A DNA stretch of 57,688 bases, filler included, from Deltaproteobacteria bacterium (GTDB lineage Bacteria; CG2-30-53-67): the NCBI GenBank assembly GCA_013151235.1. It is 3 parts of 3 records of this genome, joined end to end, with 100 filler letters (N's around TTAATTAATTAA, not from the genome) between each part and the next. Parts side by side here need not be neighbours in the genome. Positions count along the whole stretch, not along the records: positions 37,858 to 57,688 come from JAADIO010000007.1; 2 more parts are not named here. One strand, 5' to 3'. The notes beneath the pieces are model-generated. The model saw only the letters and a list, made by a program, of their open reading frames with translations. It ran no database searches and had not been told where the DNA came from. The translations under genes and the position numbers were made by a program. Of the stretch, positions 48,516 through 57,311 are shown in pieces; the first letter of the stretch is position 1; each line of letters opens with the position of its first letter.

Positions 48516-49430
48516 ATGAGGTGCAGGAGCCTTGCCGTGGTTCTTAACTGGAAGAGGGGCGGTATGACATGCCGCTGCCTGGAGTCTCTTGCAAAGGGCG
48601 GTTGGGAGGGAAGGGTCTGTGTCGTGGATAACGGATCGGCCGACTCATCCGTGGAGGTGATCCGTGAATATGTCGAAGGACGGGAAGGAATCGTTCTCGT
48701 CGAACTTCCGGAAAACATGGGTTTTGCCGGGGCAGTGAACCGTGCAGTGAAGGCCGCCGGGCATGAGGCGGAGCGTGTACTTATTATCAACAATGATGCC
48801 TTCGTGGAGGATGACGCGGTACGGTGTCTTTGGAAGGCGATGGATGATGATCCGGCGATAGCCGTGATAGGTCCTAAGATCATGCAGCCCGGGGAGCCGC
48901 CACGGATCGATTCGGCAGGATGCCGGGGGATCATTCAGCTTGCACAGCCCTTCATGCGGGGGCATGGGAAAGCGGACAGGGGGCAGTATGACCATCCGGA
49001 AGATGTGGAATACGTGACCGGTGCATGCCTGATGGTGCGTATGGATGTATTTGAAAGGGTCGGCGGTTTCGACGAAGATTTTTTCATGTATTTCGAGGAC
49101 TGGGACTTCTGCCGCAGGGTCCGGCAGTCGGGGGGGCGATGCGTCTTCCTTCCTTCCGCCGTGGTTACGCATATAGGATCCGCTTCCACCGGCGATACGA
49201 CCCCTTTCTATCATTACCATCATGCCCGCAGCAGGATCCTCTTTGCCAGGAAACACCTCTCTGCCTCCGTGTTCTGGTGTCTCTTCGTTCCTTACATGTT
49301 CTTTTACCGCGTTATCTTCCAGGGAATCCGCATGATCGTGGCTGGGATGCCCCGGAACGCCGCTGCCATCCTCTACGGGGTTTTGTGGCACCTCGGGGTG
49401 CGGAGAGATGAAAGGCCGGGCTTGTCATGA
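48516..49430 (+). CDS. GT2 glycosyltransferase (WbbL-like)
   Basis: VVLNW, VVDNGS.D, N.GFAGAVN, INND, TGAC, GGFDE.FFMY.ED.D; ATG behind GAGGAG. Confidence 0.88.
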   Translation: MRCRSLAVVLNWKRGGMTCRCLESLAKGGWEGRVCVVDNGSADSSVEVIREYVEGREGIVLVELPENMGFAGAVNRAVKAAGHEAERVLIINNDAFVEDDAVRCLWKAMDDDPAIAVIGPKIMQPGEPPRIDSAGCRGIIQLAQPFMRGHGKADRGQYDHPEDVEYVTGACLMVRMDVFERVGGFDEDFFMYFEDWDFCRRVRQSGGRCVFLPSAVVTHIGSASTGDTTPFYHYHHARSRILFARKHLSASVFWCLFVPYMFFYRVIFQGIRMIVAGMPRNAAAILYGVLWHLGVRRDERPGLS

Positions 49431-50545
49431 AGGTAGCTATTGCGGCAATTGCGGGCGCCCTTGGAGGACCGCGCAGTTATGCACGGGAACTCGTCCGTGC
49501 CTTGACCGGGCTGGCCGGAGAGGACGACTTCTACGTGCTGACCGATGATCGTGCCGCCTGGGATGATGCGGGCGGTGAGGTTATGGAACTGCCGATGCGT
49601 TCTTCCTACACGCGCCCGCTCTGGGATCACTGGAAGGTGCCTCGGGCGTTGAGGTCCCTGGATGTCGATCTGTTCCACCATACGAAGAACGTGGTGCCGC
49701 TCTTTTGTCCCGCGAAATGCGTGGTGACCATCCACGACCTTGCACCTTTCCTTTATCCCGATACCTTCACCTTCCTGCAGGGTATCCACCTGCGCACACA
49801 TATCCGTTTTGCCGCAAGAAGGGCGGATGCGGTCATCGCCGTCTCCTCTAACACCCGGGATGATATCATCCGCCATTTCCATGTGCCGGAGAACCGCGTC
49901 CGTGTCGTATATAACGGGGTATCTCCGGTTTTTTCCCGCTCCCCCGGCGACGGGGAACTGGCGGGATGCCGTGCAAGGTATCGCCTCCCCGGCCGGTTCA
50001 TCCTCTATGCCGGGACGATCCAGCCCCGGAAGCAGGTGGATATGCTGATCCGGGTCTATCACCGGCTGAGGGAGGAGGAAGGAATCCCGCACCATCTGGT
50101 GGTCGCGGGACGCATGGGGTGGAAGTCGGGCGGGCTCCATGAAACTGTCCGGTCCCTGGGATTGAACGACGTGGTCCACTTTACCGGCGCCGTCGACGGT
50201 CACGATCTTCCCCTGATCTACAGGTCGGCCGAGGTCTTTGTCAACCCAAGCCTCTACGAGGGGTTCGGCCTTACCTGTGTCGAGGCGATGGCATGCGGGA
50301 CGCCGGTGGTGGCCTCCGGCGTCTCTTCGATCCCTGAAGTGGTGGGGGATGCCGGCCTGCTCTTCGATCCGTCGGACGAGGAATCCCTCTTCCGGGCGCT
50401 TCTGACGGTCATCCGTGAGGAAGGGCTGCGGGAACTGCTCCGGCAAAAAGGAATTGACCGTGCCCGAAAATTCTCATGGGAAAAGGCCGCGGCGGGAACG
50501 CTGGAGGTCTACAGGTCAGTATTGCAAAACAGGGGAGGCGCCTGA
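49427..50545 (+). CDS. GT4 glycosyltransferase (MtfB/WbaZ mannosyltransferase-like)
   Basis: VVTIHDL, GTIQPRK, PSLYEGFGL..EAMACGTPV, FSWE. Confidence 0.9.
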   Translation: MKVAIAAIAGALGGPRSYARELVRALTGLAGEDDFYVLTDDRAAWDDAGGEVMELPMRSSYTRPLWDHWKVPRALRSLDVDLFHHTKNVVPLFCPAKCVVTIHDLAPFLYPDTFTFLQGIHLRTHIRFAARRADAVIAVSSNTRDDIIRHFHVPENRVRVVYNGVSPVFSRSPGDGELAGCRARYRLPGRFILYAGTIQPRKQVDMLIRVYHRLREEEGIPHHLVVAGRMGWKSGGLHETVRSLGLNDVVHFTGAVDGHDLPLIYRSAEVFVNPSLYEGFGLTCVEAMACGTPVVASGVSSIPEVVGDAGLLFDPSDEESLFRALLTVIREEGLRELLRQKGIDRARKFSWEKAAAGTLEVYRSVLQNRGGA

Positions 50546-50546
50546 T

Positions 50547-52634
50547 ATGGGTACTTTATTAACGGTCGAGCGCCGCCGCAGGGCCTTCTTCTATATGGTG
50601 CTTGTCGCGGTCTGCGCAGCGGCTGTCTATCTGAACACGTTCACGAACGGCTTCGTCATGGACGACCGGACGATGATCGCCGAAAACGGCGCCATACGGT
50701 CCCTTGGAAATATATGGAATATACTGCTCCACGATTACCGCCCCTTGCGAACCATAAGCTATGCCCTGGACTATGCCGCCTGGGGGCTGAATCCCTTCGG
50801 TTATCACCTGACCAACATCTTCCTGCATGTTCTGAACTGCCTGTGCCTTTACGGGATTGTAAGGATTCTTTTCGGAAGCGAAAGGACCGCCCTTTTCGCT
50901 TCGCTCCTCTTCGCCGTCCATCCTCTCCATACCGACGCCGTGAGTTATCTCTCCGGACGGCGGGATGTCCTTTTTTCATTCTTCTATCTTTTAGGCTTCT
51001 ACTTCTTCCTCCGCTACAGGAGGCGGAAAAAAAGGAAGCGTTATCTGGCAATTGTCCTGCTCGCTTTCCCGCTGAGCATGCTCAGCAAGGAAATGGCCGC
51101 CTCATTCCCGCTCCTCCTGCTGGGGTACGACATGATTTTTCCAGGGGCCGGTCCGGCGGAGGATGGCAAGGCGGGTCCGGGCCGGAGGTTCCGCCGTTCG
51201 GTTCTGCCGGTCATGCGGCGCCACTTCCTGTTTTATCTTTTTCTCTTTTCCATGGTGCCGGCCTTTGCCTATTATTACATATGGATGCGCCATGCCTCGG
51301 AGATGGTGACCGCAAAGGGTGTGCAATGGTGGGGCGGCAGCGTCCTGTCGAATTTCATGACCGTTGCATCCGTCCTGGCACACGATGTCCGCCAGACCCT
51401 ATTCCCGGTCCGGCTGGTTGCCGATTATTTTGCCTTTCCCCTTGTCACTTCGGGATCGGATCCGGAGTTCATCAGGTCGGTCCTGCTGCTCATCACGGCA
51501 GGCGCACTCTTTTTGATCGCCCTTCGCCGTGAGAAGAGAATAGCCTTTTCTCTCTTTTGGTTCTTTGTAACGCTTCTTCCGGTGATGCAGATAATCCCTC
51601 ACCACGATCTCCTGGCGGATCATTTTCTATACCTGCCTTCCGCGGGTGCCTGCATGATTGGAGGGTTCCTCTTCGACAGGGTCATGAACCATGGCAAACT
51701 TGCGGGAGTTGCAGCAGCGCTTCTGATCCTGACGCTGGGATGTTTCTCGGTCCGGACATGGCGCAGGAACCGGGTCTGGAAGAACAATATCACAATCTAT
51801 TTGGATGACCTGAAGACCTATCCGGATAATAACCGTGTACGCCTTCTCCTTGGAATGATGTTCATGAAGGCACATCTCTACGACATGACCGAAGACGAAT
51901 TTGGTAAGGCCGAAAGAGGAGAGCGTTTTTTTCCTGAGGCCTACGCATATGATGGTTTTATCCATTACAAACGCGGGGAATATAAAAAAGCGCTCCGCCT
52001 GGAGCTAAAGGCGCTTTCTGTAAAGGATCTGCCCATGGCACATTTTGTTCAGGGGCTGGTGTATGAACGGTTTGAGCAATGGCGGCAGGCGTTTGATGCC
52101 TACGGGAAGGTTTCGAAGGGGCGTTTCCACACTGCGGCGCTCTTCGGCCGGTTCAAGTGCGCCCGCCTCCTGTGCGATAGGGAAGGAGCAAGGCTTTCGG
52201 CCCGGGCATACCTTGCGGCCACGGGACCGCTGGTGCAGGGGGGCGGCCCGGGCAGGGACGTCCTGCAGAAACGTGCACTGTGCAGGGAATGGCTGAACAG
52301 GCGGGCGGACCGGCGGAAAGATTGTGAGGACCGTCCAACCGGGTCCGGCAGGACGGGGCTCCGGCACCTTGCTGATACGATTCATTCTTATGAAAGAAGA
52401 ATTGCAAAGGCGCCTGATGATGCGGAGGCGCACCGGCGGTTGGGGATGATCTACCTGAAGAAGGTGGAGGATCTCCCCCGCGCCTACAGACATCTTGCCC
52501 GGTCGCTGCGGCTTGCCCCGGGGCAGTCCCATGCGGTGAAGATGAAACGGATCACGGAGGACCTTAATCGGCTCTATGAGAACTACTCCCGCAAAACCGG
52601 GATCAGTATTACCGTTCTGCTGGGGGGCCGGTAA
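50547..52634 (+). CDS. TMTC-like GT-C membrane glycosyltransferase with C-terminal TPRs
   Basis: GFVMDD, YRPL, GYHLTN..LH, LFAVHPLHT.AV..LSGR, SKE, LYLPS, RN..W, followed by TPR helices. Confidence 0.85.
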   Translation: MGTLLTVERRRRAFFYMVLVAVCAAAVYLNTFTNGFVMDDRTMIAENGAIRSLGNIWNILLHDYRPLRTISYALDYAAWGLNPFGYHLTNIFLHVLNCLCLYGIVRILFGSERTALFASLLFAVHPLHTDAVSYLSGRRDVLFSFFYLLGFYFFLRYRRRKKRKRYLAIVLLAFPLSMLSKEMAASFPLLLLGYDMIFPGAGPAEDGKAGPGRRFRRSVLPVMRRHFLFYLFLFSMVPAFAYYYIWMRHASEMVTAKGVQWWGGSVLSNFMTVASVLAHDVRQTLFPVRLVADYFAFPLVTSGSDPEFIRSVLLLITAGALFLIALRREKRIAFSLFWFFVTLLPVMQIIPHHDLLADHFLYLPSAGACMIGGFLFDRVMNHGKLAGVAAALLILTLGCFSVRTWRRNRVWKNNITIYLDDLKTYPDNNRVRLLLGMMFMKAHLYDMTEDEFGKAERGERFFPEAYAYDGFIHYKRGEYKKALRLELKALSVKDLPMAHFVQGLVYERFEQWRQAFDAYGKVSKGRFHTAALFGRFKCARLLCDREGARLSARAYLAATGPLVQGGGPGRDVLQKRALCREWLNRRADRRKDCEDRPTGSGRTGLRHLADTIHSYERRIAKAPDDAEAHRRLGMIYLKKVEDLPRAYRHLARSLRLAPGQSHAVKMKRITEDLNRLYENYSRKTGISITVLLGGR

Positions 52635-52645
52635 AAGGCGAGAGC

Positions 52646-55354
52646 ATGGTGAAAGGGATAATGGACATGGATCGTGGAACTCTATTCGGAGATCGTGACG
52701 GGAAATACCACAGGGAAGGGCTGATCATCCTTTTGCTGGTGGCGCTTTCATCTGTTGTTTACATGAACTCCATCTTCGGAGGTTTCGTCCTTGACGACAT
52801 GGTCCTGATCCAGAAGAACCCGGTGATCCATTCTCTTTTCGATATCCGGCTCCTGACCTACCGTTGGCTAAGGACCTTCTCCTATGCCGTCGATTACTCT
52901 CTCTGGGGGCTCAATCCGGTCGGGTACCATCTTTCCAATATTTTTTACAACACCCTGACGGTCCTGTTGGTCTATTTCCTCACGAAGCGATTGACGAAGA
53001 ACCTGACGATCACCTTTGTTGCGTCTCTTCTCTTCGCTCTGCATCCGATTCATACGGAAGCGGTCAGTTATCTCTCCGGGCGGCGGGATATTCTGTCCGC
53101 ACTGTTCTACCTGCTCGGATTCATCTTGTACCTCAAGGGGAGGGGAGGCGGGGGGCGCCTCTATTATGCCGGAGCCTTCCTTGCCTATCTGCTCAGCATT
53201 TCCGCCAAGGAGATGGGGGTGACGCTCCCGGTCCTGATCGTGGCATATGAAATCCTGCATGAAATAGATGAAGACTGGGATGCCCCCGCTTCCACGATTC
53301 GTTTGTTTGTGCGTGCCGTCCGATCCAACCTGGCCCGCTTCCGGTGGCTCATCACATTGTCCATTTTGCTGGTCGCGGGATATCTCTACGTCGATCTCTT
53401 TCTTGAACATGCCTCCGGGATGGTCAGTGCAAAGGGAATCAAGTGGTGGGGCGGGAATCCGGTCTCCAATTTCGCGACCGTGGCCACGGTGCTTGCTTCC
53501 TACATGAAGAAACTGCTCTTCCCCGTGGTTCTCCGCTTCGACTACCGGATGTTTCCGCTCCGGCACTCCCTCCTGGATATGGGGGTAATCTCATCCCTGG
53601 CACTGCTTGCCGGGTTGCTTCTGCTTTCTTTCGTATTTATCCGAAGGCGTCCTGCCGTAACATTCGGAATATGGTTCTTCTTCATCACATTATTGCCGGT
53701 CATGCAGATCATCCCGCATCACATGCTGATGGCGGAGCATTATCTCTATCTTCCCTCTTACGGATTCTGCCTCTTGGCCGGAATCCTTGCGGAGAGGATC
53801 CATTACAGGCATAAACTCATTATTCTCTTCCTCGCTGCCGGGGTTCTTGTCTGCCTGCTCTTTTTCGTCCGTACTGTTGCCCGGAACCAGGACTGGCTCG
53901 ACACATTCACTCTGACGGCGGAGGGGCTTCGTCACGATCCGAAGGAGCCTGTTTATCACTTTTTCCGGGGGCACGCCTACCACCTCGTTCACCTTGAGCG
54001 GAGCGCCTGGCGGGAGTTGGAAAAGGCGGTTTATCCGAACCTCTACCGGGACTCGAAGCTGTTCGCGATCAGGGCCGTGATCCTTTTCGAGCAGGGGGAA
54101 TATGAGAAAGGAGAGAAAGAGACAAAGAAAGCCCTTGACATAGACCCCGATGATCAAATGGCGCTTGTTAATGGAGGCTATTTTGCCTTAATGATGGGTG
54201 ACAATCAAAAAGCCCTTCACTATTATCTGAAGGTGCGGCCGGATTATGAAGGAGGGGGACACCTTCAGAACATAGCAAAGATCTACCTGGAAGAAGGAAA
54301 GGTCAAACGGGCCGAGAAAACCATGAGACGGGCTCTTTCTCTCCATTCCTACAGGGCTGTATTTCACTATGACTTGGCCGAGGTCCTGATCAGGGAACTT
54401 AAGTTTGACCAAGCAGCGGAGCAGTACAAAAAGGTTCTGCGTTTTGCAAAGAACGACCCCGAACCCTCCGAATACTTGAAGGATGTTCCACAGAAGCTTA
54501 AGTGGGCTGAACGGTTCAGGCAAAGGCTGTCTGCCGTAAAGAGCAATATGGGGGGCGGAGAAACGGGGAGAGAGATCGCCTATGTCCGGCTGTATCTTGA
54601 TGCCGGGAACAATGGCGAGGCGGCCAGGAGACTGAGGTCCGCAATAGGTGCGGGAGATGATTCTTATGGGACACGCTGTCTTTTGGGATCTGCTTTGCTG
54701 AGAGAGGGCAAGAGGGATGAGGCGCTGAAGGCAGTTGAGGGCATTAAACTTGCGAACGGGATGCTCTCCGATGAGGAGCTTGCAACACTGGTCGATATCT
54801 TCTCGCAGAATCTCAGGATTAACAAGGCCATTGATTTTGTGCGTGAACTGATCCGGCGGCACCCGGGGAAGAGCTCATACAGGGATCAGTTTGCTGCATT
54901 GAAAGGGATGGGTGAACTGCAGAAGAGATGGCGTCGCCTTGATTATGAAGGAGATCCGTTTGGCGCTGCCATTGCCGAGGGTGATCTTTATGTGAAGGTT
55001 GGAAGGATAAAAGAGGCGCTGCGGTGCTATGAGTCGGCTATCCAACAGAAACCTGATGATCCGGATCTGCTCCGAAAGCTTTATAGCTTTTACGAGCCGA
55101 GGGGATACCCGTACCGGAGGAAGGCAATCCAGACCGGGCGTACTCTCCTGAAAATCGATCCGAAGGACTCACGGATCGCCCTCCGCCTCTGGCGGTTCTA
55201 TTATGATAAGGTTGAGGACTACGAAAGTGCTCTCATCTATCTCGAAAGAGCGGTCAAGGCCGATCATGATCGGGCGGACAATCGGAAAACAAGATCGGCC
55301 CTTAAAACCTTGAAACAATATGTGCGGACATACAAAAGTGAGGTTGTACAGTGA
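52646..55354 (+). CDS. TMTC-like GT-C membrane glycosyltransferase with a long TPR region (paralog)
   Basis: GFVLDD, GYHLSN, LFALHPIHTEAV..LSGR, AKE, DY, HYLYLPS, RN.DW; multiple TPRs. Confidence 0.85.
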   Translation: MVKGIMDMDRGTLFGDRDGKYHREGLIILLLVALSSVVYMNSIFGGFVLDDMVLIQKNPVIHSLFDIRLLTYRWLRTFSYAVDYSLWGLNPVGYHLSNIFYNTLTVLLVYFLTKRLTKNLTITFVASLLFALHPIHTEAVSYLSGRRDILSALFYLLGFILYLKGRGGGGRLYYAGAFLAYLLSISAKEMGVTLPVLIVAYEILHEIDEDWDAPASTIRLFVRAVRSNLARFRWLITLSILLVAGYLYVDLFLEHASGMVSAKGIKWWGGNPVSNFATVATVLASYMKKLLFPVVLRFDYRMFPLRHSLLDMGVISSLALLAGLLLLSFVFIRRRPAVTFGIWFFFITLLPVMQIIPHHMLMAEHYLYLPSYGFCLLAGILAERIHYRHKLIILFLAAGVLVCLLFFVRTVARNQDWLDTFTLTAEGLRHDPKEPVYHFFRGHAYHLVHLERSAWRELEKAVYPNLYRDSKLFAIRAVILFEQGEYEKGEKETKKALDIDPDDQMALVNGGYFALMMGDNQKALHYYLKVRPDYEGGGHLQNIAKIYLEEGKVKRAEKTMRRALSLHSYRAVFHYDLAEVLIRELKFDQAAEQYKKVLRFAKNDPEPSEYLKDVPQKLKWAERFRQRLSAVKSNMGGGETGREIAYVRLYLDAGNNGEAARRLRSAIGAGDDSYGTRCLLGSALLREGKRDEALKAVEGIKLANGMLSDEELATLVDIFSQNLRINKAIDFVRELIRRHPGKSSYRDQFAALKGMGELQKRWRRLDYEGDPFGAAIAEGDLYVKVGRIKEALRCYESAIQQKPDDPDLLRKLYSFYEPRGYPYRRKAIQTGRTLLKIDPKDSRIALRLWRFYYDKVEDYESALIYLERAVKADHDRADNRKTRSALKTLKQYVRTYKSEVVQ

Positions 55355-55589
55355 ATGGTGATGGGGGAGAGTTCCTGATCGTAACGGGAGATCCGGAGAG
55401 GGATTGACATTTTTCGTCTCCCGACTGTATATTGTGTCAGTCTTTGTATCCTTATGATATTTAACGATAAAACACAACAGGGTCTCTTAATTCGCAGATA
55501 GATTTGAAGTATGTTGGCCGAAATTGTCCGGATGTTGCGTCTATAGGCCGGTTGCATCGGAAAGAGTATTGTGAGATAAAAGCTATGAA

Positions 55590-55602
55590 TATCAATGTGT
55601 TA
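55590..55602 (+). promoter_or_regulatory. IHF site upstream of the pilin promoter
   Basis: TATCAATGTGTTA matches WATCAANNNNTTR. Confidence 0.65.
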
Positions 55603-55629
55603 TGTCTAAATATCAACCGGTCTGTTACG

Positions 55630-55646
55630 TTGGCACAGGCCTTGCT
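55630..55646 (+). promoter_or_regulatory. sigma54 promoter of the major pilin
   Basis: TTGGCACAGGCCTTGCT; GAC...GTC palindromic elements near 55405-55440 may be PilR-type sites. Confidence 0.85.
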
Positions 55647-55767
55647 TGTATAACCGTGCAGTTGCAGAGTGATAAATTACAATCTTTCATACAAAGGAGG
55701 TGAGTGGCTTCATTACAGTATCGTTAGAGGTTTTTACCGTCTTTAAACAACGTAAAGGAGTTTTGAA

Positions 55768-56253
55768 ATGATGACTATCAACAAGAATGAACATGGTTTT
55801 ACCCTGATCGAACTGATGATCGTTGTGGCGATCATCGGGATCCTGGCCGCTGTGGCTATTCCCGGCTATATCGGTTTCCAGGAGAAATCAAGAAAAGGTG
55901 CGATCATTGGTGCTGCATCGAACGCTGCGGCGGAAATTCAGGGTTGGCTGAGCGTCTCGCTCAACCCCAATGGTAATTTGAGGGAAGTGGACACTGACGG
56001 AAACGGTGTTGTGGATAGTAGTGATGCCACCGATTCAACACTGAACGGTGCAGTAGCCACGACATATATCACTATGAGGACGGCTATGGGAGATACGTCG
56101 CCCTGGAGTACGAGTGCTTTATGGGTGTCAGGTTCTTCAGCTCAACAAGGTCAGATTGCGCTCACTCAGTCTGGAAACAGTGTTACTATTCGTGCCTATG
56201 ATAATAGTTCCACACCTGTTCTTTTGTACACCAAGACGGTCAGCGCCGACTGA
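55768..56253 (+). CDS. pilA: Type IVa major pilin
   Basis: [23 protein letters not shown]; own sigma54/IHF promoter, AAAGGAG RBS and terminator. Confidence 0.9.
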   Translation: MMTINKNEHGFTLIELMIVVAIIGILAAVAIPGYIGFQEKSRKGAIIGAASNAAAEIQGWLSVSLNPNGNLREVDTDGNGVVDSSDATDSTLNGAVATTYITMRTAMGDTSPWSTSALWVSGSSAQQGQIALTQSGNSVTIRAYDNSSTPVLLYTKTVSAD

Positions 56254-56274
56254 TCTGATGATCTCTTGAACTTT

Positions 56275-56320
56275 GAGACGGGGTGGGCCGGATTTAGGCC
56301 CACCCCTGTTTCTTGTTTCT
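56275..56320 (+). terminator. Terminator after pilA
   Basis: GGGGTGGGCC-GGATTTA-GGCCCACCCC followed by a T-rich tail. Confidence 0.8.
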
Positions 56321-56416
56321 GGGGAGATATCGTGGTTATAGGGAAGGGAAATAATGTTTTCAACTAAACGGCCGCTCCGGAGCAGTAACCGATTGATATT
56401 CCGAAGAGGAATGATC

Positions 56417-56806
56417 ATGAAAAGAGAGGATGGTTTTTCCCTGATTGAACTGATGGTGACCATCGCCATTATCGGGATCCTCGCCGCCATTGCCATCCCG
56501 ACCTACACCGGGTATCGTCTCAAGGCGGAGCGATCCATCGCCTGGACGGACCTGCAGAGTCTGCGGCTCCTTGAAGAGCAGTATTATGCGGAGAATAATG
56601 CCTATGTCGAAGGTGCCGATACGGCAACTTTAAAAACCAACCTTCCCGGTTTTCAGCCCGATTCCGGGTCGCAATACGATTATGATGTGGCCTTTTCAGG
56701 AACGAACAACCAGACCTTCACTGCTAGAGCCACCCGCAAATCCGGTACCGGCAGTGATACCGGCTCCCCCTGGACGATCGATAATACCAACACCCGGAAC
56801 TGGTAG
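56417..56806 (+). CDS. Type IV minor pilin (PilE-like)
   Basis: [29 protein letters not shown]...L......EQYY; F...AT. Confidence 0.88.
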   Translation: MKREDGFSLIELMVTIAIIGILAAIAIPTYTGYRLKAERSIAWTDLQSLRLLEEQYYAENNAYVEGADTATLKTNLPGFQPDSGSQYDYDVAFSGTNNQTFTARATRKSGTGSDTGSPWTIDNTNTRNW

Positions 56807-56864
56807 GACTGTAACAACGGCAAACTGATGGAAATAGATGAAAACTTCCGTCAGAATCTTCAGG

Positions 56865-57110
56865 TCAATAGGAGATGAGTGGCAGATTTGTTTGATTGAA
56901 GTCGTTGCCCTTGAAAAGAAGGGGCTCGCCGGCATATTTGGAGAGTGCATAGGTACAGCAGTCTCCCAAATTCAGCCCCGCAGGATGCCGCCCCTTGCCG
57001 TAGATTCTCCAGGCCTTTCTAGCCAGTTCGGACTGTTCCGGGGTTATGTTGACGATTTCAATCCGGGAGCGATGCAGGAGAAGATCGAACTCCCGGCCCC
57101 CAGGTTCACC
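56865..57110 (-). pseudogene. vapC: VapC (PIN-domain toxin) C-terminal remnant with no start codon
   Basis: Manual minus-strand translation: GEPGGREFDLLLHRSRIEIVNITPEQSELARKAWRIYGKGRHPAGLNLGDCCTYALSKYAGEPLLFKGNDFNQTNLPLISY*. Confidence 0.88.
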
Positions 57111-57192
57111 CCCCCAATTAGCGATAGGAGTTTCACCCGAGACAAAACCCCTTCTGGTTTCAAGGTTTATATTGAGTTAACGGCACACCTGA

Positions 57193-57261
57193 CTCCCCCG
57201 CAGGGGGAGCATACCCCCTGTCACGCAGCCGAGCATCGCAGAAGGAGAGGGGAAAACGGCG
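57193..57261. repeat. Truncated inverted copy of the 20089-20374 element
   Basis: CTCCCCCG.AGGGGGAG hairpin and TCACGCAGCCGAGCATCGCAGAA match the reverse complement of 20311-20361. Confidence 0.8.
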
Positions 57262-57311
57262 TAAGAGAAAATCCATTGCCATCTTCCCCCAAATCATGCT
57301 AAAAAAAGGGC

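Noticed and set aside
250-55354. Treating the FN3/PKD/IPT proteins and the TMTC-like enzymes as one locus
   Set aside because: Attractive because animal TMTC/TMEM260 enzymes modify Ig-like folds, but the genes are on different contigs, so linkage is unsupported
55768-56253. Conductive e-pilin or a Geobacter-like long PilA isoform
   Set aside because: Full-length pilin with only 9 aromatic residues in 151; an in-frame TAA at 55753-55755 excludes an upstream extension
56838-57302. 154-aa plus-strand ORF
   Set aside because: Antisense shadow of the vapC remnant plus repeat sequence
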